From positions 385,545 to 449,544 of the forward strand of contig OZ220703.1 in assembly GCA_965116535.1 (NCBI GenBank): DNA of 64,000 bases, read 5' to 3'. The notes beneath the pieces were generated by a model that worked only from the letters and a program-made list of their open reading frames with translations, made no database searches and was not told where the DNA came from. This stretch comes from Acidimicrobiales bacterium. GTDB taxonomy: Bacteria > Actinomycetota > Acidimicrobiia > Acidimicrobiales > Bin134. The stretch's first letter is position 1. Every line of letters starts with the position of its first letter. A program made the translations under genes and the position numbers. This document shows, in pieces, positions 36,301 to 42,565 of this stretch.

Positions 36301-37932
36301 GGACGCGGGCAGGTCCAAGTCGATGTCCTTGTCGCTGTCGCGGGCGCCGCCCGACAGCGTGTACGCGTAGATCTTGCCGTCCCAGTCGCCGGTGCTGCCG
36401 CGCGCCGACACCCAGATCGTGGTCCCGTCAGACCAGAACGCCTGCGCGACCAGGTTGTTGGTGGCCAGGTCCGACACGATGTCGTCCGACGCGCCCGACG
36501 CCATCATCCCCGACGCCATCATCATGCCCGACGGTGGGCCCTTGGGCGGCTCGAATGCTTTGCCGCCGCGCACGAGCCTCTGCTGCGCGGCGGCGGGCTG
36601 GATGTCGGTGTCGGCGGGGAACTCGATGAACGCCACCCCGTCGTCGGTGGTGCTCAGCTTGGCCACCGCGTCGGGCCCCTGGGTCAGCTTGGCCGCCGCC
36701 GAGCCCGCCGGCGGCGTCGCCACCAGAACGACCTCGCTGGACAAACCGCCGCCGGCGGCGAACTCGTAGCCGTCGTCGGCCACCGCGCCCGCAAAGGCCA
36801 CCACCGCGTACCGGTACGAGCGGCCCGGCTCAGCGGTGCCGTCGAAGAACTCGTAGCCGGTGCGGCCCCGCTCCCACTCCACGGCGCCCACCACGTCCAA
36901 CGGCGCGCGCCTAGCGCTGTCGGTGCGCCTCACCTGCACGAAGAACACCTCCGCCCACGACGGCTGCTCGGGCACCGTCCAGCTCAGCGCCACCCCGCCG
37001 CCCTGCGCCACAGCCCCCAAACCCCCAGGCGCCACCGGCGGCGCGGACTCCACAGTCACCGCCACCGCATCGGAGAACACGTCGGGCAGACGCTCATGGA
37101 CGCCGTCGCGGAACCTGTGGGCCTCCAGCCCCACCCGATACTCATAGGCCGCGCCCGCCACAACACCGCTGGTGTCGTGGTACCAGGCCTCGCCGGAGTC
37201 CCAATCGATCCCGAAATACGACACCCAGTCCAGCGTCGACCACGCCCCGCCCCCCTCGCGGCGCTCCACAAACATATCGCCGATCGAAAAGTCCCCATAC
37301 CCGTGATCCGGCAAATGCGGCGCCACCCACGCCAGCCGCACCGACCGGTGCGTCGCCGTCGCCGACAACCCCACAGGCGCCAACACCCCCGACACCGCCT
37401 CCTCACCAGGCCGCGCGCCCGACACCGAGAACGCAACCTCCAAAACCCCCAACACCACACCCGACAACCGCCGACCCGAATACGCCACCGCCCGCAACAC
37501 ATACTCCCCCTCCGGCAACGCCCCGCCCGACAACCACCGGGCCGCGCCGTTGCGATAATCCCCATACAGCGAATACGGCGCATAATTCTCCACCTGGGAA
37601 TGCGCCGCCGCCCCGCTCAACTCCAAACCCACACTCCCCACAACCTCGCCAGCCGCCAACTCCACCCGGAACCCATAACTCCCCCCAACCGGATCGCCCA
37701 CCACCACATCCGAACCATCCACCAACTCCGCAACCACCGACTGATCCCCCGCATCCACCACAACAAAACCCGCCAACGGCCCCGCACCCACAACATCGTC
37801 CTGCGCCGCCAAAGGCACCACAGCCCCCGACAACCCCAACACCAATAACAACAACGCCGCGGCAAGCGTCAAAACAACCCGACGGCCACCCGACCAACCA
37901 GCAACAACCCGGAACACCGACCTAACGGCCAT
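33379..37932 (-). CDS. Secreted ~1,517-aa protein, paralog 2 of the preceding gene
   Basis: ORF track 33379..38016. I prefer the ATG at 37932, which gives MAVRSVFRVVAGWSGGRRVVLTLAAALLLLVLGLSGAVVPLAAQ. The upstream 28 codons are AT-richer, include the hairpin CGATGGG-N10-CCCATCG, and abut the conserved intergenic element. The architecture is identical to paralog 1. Confidence 0.9.
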   Translation of the reverse strand: MAVRSVFRVVAGWSGGRRVVLTLAAALLLLVLGLSGAVVPLAAQDDVVGAGPLAGFVVVDAGDQSVVAELVDGSDVVVGDPVGGSYGFRVELAAGEVVGSVGLELSGAAAHSQVENYAPYSLYGDYRNGAARWLSGGALPEGEYVLRAVAYSGRRLSGVVLGVLEVAFSVSGARPGEEAVSGVLAPVGLSATATHRSVRLAWVAPHLPDHGYGDFSIGDMFVERREGGGAWSTLDWVSYFGIDWDSGEAWYHDTSGVVAGAAYEYRVGLEAHRFRDGVHERLPDVFSDAVAVTVESAPPVAPGGLGAVAQGGGVALSWTVPEQPSWAEVFFVQVRRTDSARRAPLDVVGAVEWERGRTGYEFFDGTAEPGRSYRYAVVAFAGAVADDGYEFAAGGGLSSEVVLVATPPAGSAAAKLTQGPDAVAKLSTTDDGVAFIEFPADTDIQPAAAQQRLVRGGKAFEPPKGPPSGMMMASGMMASGASDDIVSDLATNNLVAQAFWSDGTTIWVSARGSTGDWDGKIYAYTLSGGARDSDKDIDLDLPASTDNPSQAGTSHGLWMDADTVWVASDGTAAILGYHRNADSDATPEIEAGARKSAADFTTLSAAGNANPMGIWADASDMYVVDNDDARIYVYNRSTKALERTIDTSGRPHQDPVGVWSDGATLWVSDRADARVYAYRLDNGQRDASQDIKRRLSDATQRLSDDNDQPLAMWSDQSQLWIADADTTKVFIYNLPADARLHRLAFNGKDWLGGQRSNEGGGWTYMPYGTTQATIDAKALRSDAEVTITPADADGVAEGHQVNFPPNGATADITVTVVQGPAGHRQTMVYEVGLRVPPTPSGWDNRIHSFYLNGAEVPGFGPVPGEYTYKVAPELTEVTLKAFGTDADLRVSVDGGLYRYGGEERRLSLDADGSTTITLKSNSRLVAPKYAQVYKVTLVQDGLRSLEVSGVNLDDFTPSVTDYARNIAADATEVTVEAVSIHTGATVAISPGDADTNDEGHQVTLDADGVTDISVTLTRDGESMQYTLKLTTLAGTTGNLSSDNTLSALSLSGVTLSPTFDSAVTDYTYRLTNAQSDDGFTTTVAYTAGNANATVTPLPADDDGGTSGHQISIDDGAPAAVTVTVAPQDGSPAKVYTVHLLRTRRDTTKDLLDGILDYEPKLTGPYDIWSDGDTMWVLNSASFTMHAFDLDTGDRQSQHDLRRSREHSNYDTGLWADGDTMWIAEAWSSGSIKHPYIEAIDMASSAATHIDAESFFDTKGPRDLWSDGETIWVASVDGRRADDSVPLGGKLQAFDFATKARKADRDITVTTTGDSRYVFRYKVSFALWSDGTVMWVAANEGDATSRLEAYALADGARMPGMDIPVGLDGVTHPRGLWSDGRTMWVLDAPYDDPDRRPLSGIKAFSLPSNAKLYSLTMSDVDFGHFIHGKPHYTAEVANSVSTTTVAAVAAFDRGDSEVSITAADSDDSTEDVTEDADDKTDGYQVNLATGVNTITIEVTAPNGTDTYTYTVTITRATT

Positions 37933-38018
37933 ATTCAGACCACGTCCCTCTAATCCGATGGGATTTGGTATACCCATCGCATACTTGCCGAAGTTATGCC
38001 AAAACCGACACAACATCG

Positions 38019-38157
38019 TAGGAAACTAGCAGATAGGACGTACATGGCTCAGATATACGCGGTCACAGAGGGGATAACTTGTGTTGTCACGTCTATATCT
38101 AGTGTCTCTCATATGAAATCCTCACAATAGTCGAGGGAGCCTCGGCCACCGACGGTG
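38019..38157 (-). promoter_or_regulatory. Conserved intergenic element, copy 2 (upstream of paralog 2)
   Basis: See 24050-24187. It has the same block order and a length within 1 nt (121 vs 120 nt from tagRaaactag to tcgagggag). Confidence 0.6.
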
Positions 38158-38421
38158 ATGCCGTTTCGTCGAGTGGTTGGCACCATGCCGCTGCCACGTT
38201 GTGTTTGGGCCGGGAGGCTCAGCTTCCCGGCCCCTGCCCTGAAACGTCTTGGCACGCAGTTGTGAGTGGCTCTACACAACAGTCCGGGGTATGTCGGGGT
38301 TGGCAGGCGCGGTGTGCGGGACCGCACGAACCCCTATTCAGAAGGCGAGGCCCGAGGGTGGGGTGGAACTGGAATGAGGAGAGGCCCACGAGGGGTGCCG
38401 TCGAGCGCGAACTAGACCGTG

Positions 38422-41400
38422 CTAAACGGCAACGGCCGCAGGAACAGCAGCCGGGGTGATGGAGGCCGAGGTGATTTCGGCACTAGCGCCGAAGCTGTTC
38501 ACCGCCCGCACCTGGAAGGTGTAGCTGACGCCGTTGGTCAGGCCTCCCACGGTGTGGCCGGTGGTGTCGGGACCGCTGTTGGCGATGTCGGTCCAGGGGC
38601 GGTAGCCGCCGCCCGACTCGCTTTGGCGGTACTGCCAGCCGGTGATGGGGCGTCCGCCGTTGCTTCCCAGGACCCAGGTGAGCTCCGCTTGGGTGTCGCC
38701 GGCCTCGGCGTCCAGCATGGCAACGGTAGGTGCGCCGGTCGGGGTGATGGGGGCCGAGGTGGTGGCGGGGCCGGGGCCGAAGGCGTTCACGGCCCGTATC
38801 TGGAAGGTGTAGGTGACGCCGTTGATGAGACCGGATACCACTGCGCCGCCCTCAGCCGACGGCCTCGCCATAGATGTGGCGGTGGTGCCCAGGGCCTCCC
38901 AGGCGTCGTAGGGGCCGTCGCCGCGGCGTTTGCGAACCTCATAGCCCACGATTGAGCTGCCGTTGTCCTCCAGCGGCGGATAGACGGTGATGGTGACCCG
39001 GCCGCTGCCTGCGTCCACCAGTAGCCGAGAAGGAGCGCCCGGCACCCGCCCCGGCGTGGCCGGATATGTCTGGGCGGGAGCTCCGCCGCCGATGGAGTTG
39101 CGGGCCCGCACCTGGAAGGTGTAGCTCTTGCCGTTGGTGAGGGGCGTTTGGGTGCCCAAAAGGGTGGTGATGGTGTGCGACGTGGTGCCGGAACGGCTGT
39201 AGTGAATGTCGGCCCAATTTTCGTCGGCACCGCAGTCTGGGTACGTTCCCAGTGGCGGGGTCTCGCCGCCGCACACCTGCCACCGGATGATGGGCCGGCC
39301 GCCGCTGCCCTGCGACATCCACGACAAGGTGATCTGTTCATCGCCGGGGGTCGCTCTCAGCCCCAGCGGCGCTGGCGGGGCGACCCCCGGCCTGACCGAG
39401 GCCGACACCAGCTCAGGGCCGGCGAGTCCGCCGGCGTTCACGGCGCGGATCCTGAAGTTGTGGGTCACGCCGTTGCGCAGGCCGTCGATGGGGTTGATGT
39501 TGCCGGGGTTGAACTGAGCGCCGGTGTTGCTGTAGGTCCAATCGCTGTAGCGGCCGAATCCAATCCGGTAGGAGTACTCCCACCGGGTGGTGGCGTCGGT
39601 ATTGCCGGTGGTGCCGGTCAGGGACAGGGTGATCTGGGAATTCCCCGGTGAGGCGTTGAGGCTGGGGGCATTGTCGGTGGCGAGGCCGGCGGCGCCCGGA
39701 GTTCCGGGAGCGCCGGCAACGATGGCCGGCGATTGGGTGTAGGTGCCGGGGCCTTCGCCGTTCACCGCCCGAACTCTGAACCGATGCACCGCACCCGCGG
39801 GCGTGGAGGAGGCCACGTCGTAGGTCAACGTGGTTCCGGTGCCTGCGTTCGTCCAGGCGCCCCACGATCCGGTACCGGTACTCACCGCGTACTCGTAGCG
39901 CAAAATCGGGCTGCCGCCTGAGAGCGATGGCCGCCAATTCAGCGTGATGTTGGCACTCGACACAGAGCCGGTGGCGCCTCCGATGTAGACGGCTTCGGGG
40001 GCGGTGGGCACGCTCACCGGGAATTCGGCGCTGGCCGTGACCGATAGCAAGCCGTCGCCGTGGGCATTGACGGCCCGGATCACGAAGAAGTGCTCGCTGC
40101 CAATCGTGAACGCCAATGTGCCGTCGGGGCCGTCGGTGCCGCCTGGAGTCAGCGGGTCCCGGGGCAGAGTGACTCTGTCGGTGGATGAGTGACAGCGCAG
40201 CGCAGGACCGGAGTAGGCGGGAAGGCTGTTGCAGATGTCCACCCAGGAGCTGAGCGAATTGTTGCTCAAGCCGGCCAGGGTGGTGTGGGTTCGGTACTGC
40301 CACCGGGTGATGGGGGAGTCGCCGTCGCCGCCGGAGGTCCACGCCAAGTCCACTTCGGCCGTGCCGGTGGAAACGCTGTAGATGGCGCGGGCGCTGAACT
40401 CAGCCGGCGACGGCGGCCGTGTTCCCAAGTACACCGGATGGTCGTCTTGGAACCCGACATGATCGCTGGCGCCGATGGCGTTGACGGCGCGAACCCTGAA
40501 CCGATACGGCGTTCCCCTGGTGAGGTCGCGAACAATGTGGGCCACTTCGGCAGTGCGAGCGTTGATGTCGGACACCACCATGGGAGCTGCGGGAGGTGCC
40601 CGCACCGGCGCCTTGAACAGGGCGTCGGCGGGAACGGGTATCCACTCGCCGTAGTCGCCGCCATCGGCGCTCACCGAGTACTCATAGCGCACGATCGGGT
40701 TGCCTCCGTTGTTCACTGCGGTGGTGGCCTCATTGAGCGGCGGGGACCACGTCAAGGTGATGGAATCATGGGTGGCGGCCCCCGACAGCCCCGTGGGCGC
40801 GCCCGGCGCCGTGCCGGGGTCGGCCACCGCGCTCTCAGCCGTCGCGCCCTCTCCGCGGGCATTCACCGCCCGCACCTGGAACTTGTATCGCCTCGCGTTG
40901 TCCAAGCTGACCACGGTGTAGAAGGTGGTGTCGGCCCCGCTTTCGGGAATGGCGACCCAGGCCGGTGCGGTTTCGGTAAAGACGCCATCGTCCGTTGTCA
41001 GCCGGAACTGCCAACTGGTGACGGGGTAGCCGCCGTCGCTGCTGGCCGTCCACGACAACGTGACCATCTGGTCGCCCGGAACCGCGCTCAACGAGCGGGG
41101 ACGCCCCGGCACAGTGCCCACCGTGGCTAATGTCGTCTCAGCCGACGCCCCCGCCCCGTTGTCGTTCACCGCACGAATTTGGAACTGATAGCTGGTGCCG
41201 TTGAGCAGCCCGCCCACGGTGTGGTCCGCGGTGGCCGCACCAGACCCGACGATCACAGTCCAGGGGCCATAGTCGCTGCTACCAGTTCTCTGGCGATACT
41301 GATACGAACTGATGGCAGAGAAGCCGTCGGCCGCGGTATCGGCGACCGCCGCCGTCCACAACAGCACCGCCACGGAATTGCCGACGTCGACCCGCAAACC

Positions 41401-41817
41401 AGCAGGAGCGGCCGGAACCGTCGACGGAACAACGTCTGGAGAAGCCGTGGACGCCGCTCCGTTGCCCGCACCGCTCACCGCCCGAACCTGAAAACCGTAA
41501 GCGGTGCCGTTGGTCAAACCAGTGACAGTGTGTCGGAAGGTGTTGCGATGGCTGCCGGGTATCGGAATCCACACATTGGTGGCCGGAGTCGATTGCCTGT
41601 ATTCCCACCGCAGCACCGTGCTGCCGTTGTCGACGCCCGCGGTCCAACTCAGCGTGACCTGCCCATTGCCGGGCACCGCATTCAAGTTGTCCGGGGCCGC
41701 AGGCCCAACCTGCGCTCCCGCAGAAGTCAAAGGGGCCAACAACGCGACAAGCAGCGCCACGCCGCCGAGCGCGGCCCACACCGAACCCCTGCGCGCCCGA
41801 GACCTAGTACTCACCAT
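38422..41817 (-). CDS. Secreted protein made of ten fibronectin type III domains (~1,131 aa)
   Basis: ORF track 38422..41826. A GTG lies at 41826, but I prefer the ATG at 41817 with GGAGA 4 nt upstream. The signal peptide reads RSRARRGSVWAALGGVALLVALLAPLTSAGAQ. Ten repeats each show ...(V/I)TLSWT...W(E/Q)YR... and Y.F(Q/R)(V/I)RAVN..G.G. Confidence 0.93.
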   Translation of the reverse strand: MVSTRSRARRGSVWAALGGVALLVALLAPLTSAGAQVGPAAPDNLNAVPGNGQVTLSWTAGVDNGSTVLRWEYRQSTPATNVWIPIPGSHRNTFRHTVTGLTNGTAYGFQVRAVSGAGNGAASTASPDVVPSTVPAAPAGLRVDVGNSVAVLLWTAAVADTAADGFSAISSYQYRQRTGSSDYGPWTVIVGSGAATADHTVGGLLNGTSYQFQIRAVNDNGAGASAETTLATVGTVPGRPRSLSAVPGDQMVTLSWTASSDGGYPVTSWQFRLTTDDGVFTETAPAWVAIPESGADTTFYTVVSLDNARRYKFQVRAVNARGEGATAESAVADPGTAPGAPTGLSGAATHDSITLTWSPPLNEATTAVNNGGNPIVRYEYSVSADGGDYGEWIPVPADALFKAPVRAPPAAPMVVSDINARTAEVAHIVRDLTRGTPYRFRVRAVNAIGASDHVGFQDDHPVYLGTRPPSPAEFSARAIYSVSTGTAEVDLAWTSGGDGDSPITRWQYRTHTTLAGLSNNSLSSWVDICNSLPAYSGPALRCHSSTDRVTLPRDPLTPGGTDGPDGTLAFTIGSEHFFVIRAVNAHGDGLLSVTASAEFPVSVPTAPEAVYIGGATGSVSSANITLNWRPSLSGGSPILRYEYAVSTGTGSWGAWTNAGTGTTLTYDVASSTPAGAVHRFRVRAVNGEGPGTYTQSPAIVAGAPGTPGAAGLATDNAPSLNASPGNSQITLSLTGTTGNTDATTRWEYSYRIGFGRYSDWTYSNTGAQFNPGNINPIDGLRNGVTHNFRIRAVNAGGLAGPELVSASVRPGVAPPAPLGLRATPGDEQITLSWMSQGSGGRPIIRWQVCGGETPPLGTYPDCGADENWADIHYSRSGTTSHTITTLLGTQTPLTNGKSYTFQVRARNSIGGGAPAQTYPATPGRVPGAPSRLLVDAGSGRVTITVYPPLEDNGSSIVGYEVRKRRGDGPYDAWEALGTTATSMARPSAEGGAVVSGLINGVTYTFQIRAVNAFGPGPATTSAPITPTGAPTVAMLDAEAGDTQAELTWVLGSNGGRPITGWQYRQSESGGGYRPWTDIANSGPDTTGHTVGGLTNGVSYTFQVRAVNSFGASAEITSASITPAAVPAAVAV

Positions 41818-41984
41818 GCTCTCCACGCCCCATCACCGAGACCGACCGGCCAAAGGGGGGGCTCATAGGACACATGACTTCGGCGGATGCATACGCAGGT
41901 GGTGGAGGCCACTGAGCTGGCTGGGTCTGAATAGCGGGCAACATACGGCCTGCATAATGCACCAACAACAGTGGGTCTGACAAA

Positions 41985-42042
41985 ATATTGCTATTAGGAA
42001 AACATCATGTCTCATATTGCCATTAGGAAAACATCATGTCTC
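41985..42042. repeat. Tandem 2 x 29-nt direct repeat in the region upstream of the FN3 gene
   Basis: atattgctattaggaaaacatcatgtctc (41985-42013) is followed directly by atattgccattaggaaaacatcatgtctc (42014-42042), a 28/29 match. Confidence 0.9.
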
Positions 42043-42332
42043 GGGTCGAACCTTCACGTTGCCGTCGAGCGCACTAAGACGCGCCAACCGGCATCGGTCT
42101 GGGAGTGCGGGCTGCGCGGCAGCCGCCGCGGCCGCCCCAGATCCCGCCCCATCCACGCGCGTTCGCCCTCATAGACCTCCGCTGGATAGGTTCAGCCCCA
42201 TCATTCAAACCAAAATCACCGGCGAGACGCTCAAATACAAGTAGGTCGGACCGCCCAGTACGCGAGTAGAGTACGTGAGCCCCCGTCAGTCGCGTCCAGC
42301 GCGTGGACCTCATGGGAGGGCAGTTAAAGCAA

Positions 42333-42407
42333 GGTCCCGTGGTGCAGTTTGGAGTGCACGCCGGCCTGTCAAGCCGGAGGTCGCGGGTTCAAATCCCGTC
42401 GGGACCG
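42333..42407 (+). tRNA. tRNA-Asp(GTC): tRNA-Asp (anticodon GTC at 42368-42370)
   Basis: I folded a 75-nt cloverleaf by hand: acceptor GGTCCCG/CGGGACC, D stem GTGC/GCAC, anticodon stem CCGGC/GCCGG with loop CTGTCAA, T arm GCGGG-TTCAAAT-CCCGT, discriminator G. CCA is not encoded. Confidence 0.9.
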
Positions 42408-42420
42408 CACAACAGAACAT

Positions 42421-42496
42421 GGTCGGGTAGCTCAGTTGGCAGAGCGTCCGCCTGAAAAGCGGAAGGTCACCGGATCGACGCCGGTCCCGACCACCA
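42421..42496 (+). tRNA. tRNA-Phe(GAA): tRNA-Phe (anticodon GAA at 42454-42456), CCA encoded
   Basis: Hand-folded cloverleaf: acceptor GGTCGGG/CCCGACC, D stem GCTC/GAGC, anticodon stem TCCGC/GCGGA with loop CTGAAAA, T stem ACCGG/CCGGT with loop ATCGACG (A rather than T at position 54), discriminator A, then CCA. Confidence 0.85.
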
Positions 42497-42509
42497 CCCA
42501 CCCCCCAAC

Positions 42510-42542
42510 GGCCCGGAGCGAAGCCCAACCCCGCTCCGGGCC
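42510..42542 (+). terminator. Stem-loop between tRNA-Phe and the convergent oxygenase gene; candidate intrinsic or bidirectional terminator
   Basis: A perfect 11-bp inverted repeat GGCCCGGAGCG / CGCTCCGGGCC has an 11-nt loop and is followed by gtgccctttg. The U-tract is weak. Confidence 0.55.
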
Positions 42543-42565
42543 GTGCCCTTTGCGGTGGATGTTGT

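Larger units (their letters stand above)
28807..37932 (-). repeat. Tandem ~4.57-kb gene duplication with mosaic identity
   Basis: The offset is 4,572 nt at the 3' ends and ~4,565 nt at the mature N-termini. Near-identical blocks, given as paralog 1 / paralog 2, are 28807-29540 / 33379-34100, ~29910-30577 / ~34479-35147, and ~31118-33240 / ~35675-37805. Diverged blocks lie between them. Confidence 0.9.

Noticed and set aside
230-36490. Rhs/YD-repeat or teneurin-like toxin proteins, suggested by the recurrent '...YAY...' motif in giant proteins.
   Set aside because: The repeat period (45-58 aa, strictly in groups of five) and the consensus (WSDGTTMWV...KLYAY) do not fit the ~20-aa YD repeat (GxxxRYxYDxxGRL). 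No Rhs core, PAAR, or C-terminal toxin/immunity pair is present.
3178-37848. Very long plus-strand ORFs opposite the giant genes (e.g. 3178-4821, 4888-7155, 10426-12642, 21434-23185, 24973-27588, 27865-29541, 30970-33321, 34189-37848), and off-frame minus ORFs such as 9311-10729 and 1436-2224.
   Set aside because: They are antisense or off-frame shadows. Their translations are R/G/H/P/V-rich low-complexity strings with no motifs. They mirror the repeat periodicity of the sense-frame proteins. Absence of stops is expected because the sense genes almost never use TTA, CTA or TCA codons at this GC content.
38160-38421. Possible intrinsic terminator after the FN3 gene (e.g. GTGCG-GTCC-CGCAC near 38310-38325), and similar short stems after the vWA gene stop (24170-24234).
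   Set aside because: The stems are only 4-5 bp with no U-tract and cannot be told apart from chance GC-rich palindromes.
41818-42496. The giant-gene cluster as a tRNA-integrated genomic island.
   Set aside because: The cluster lies 5' of the tRNA-Asp and tRNA-Phe genes, not at their 3' ends. I could not find an integrase or a duplicated tRNA 3' fragment by eye. The cluster's GC and codon style match the housekeeping flank.
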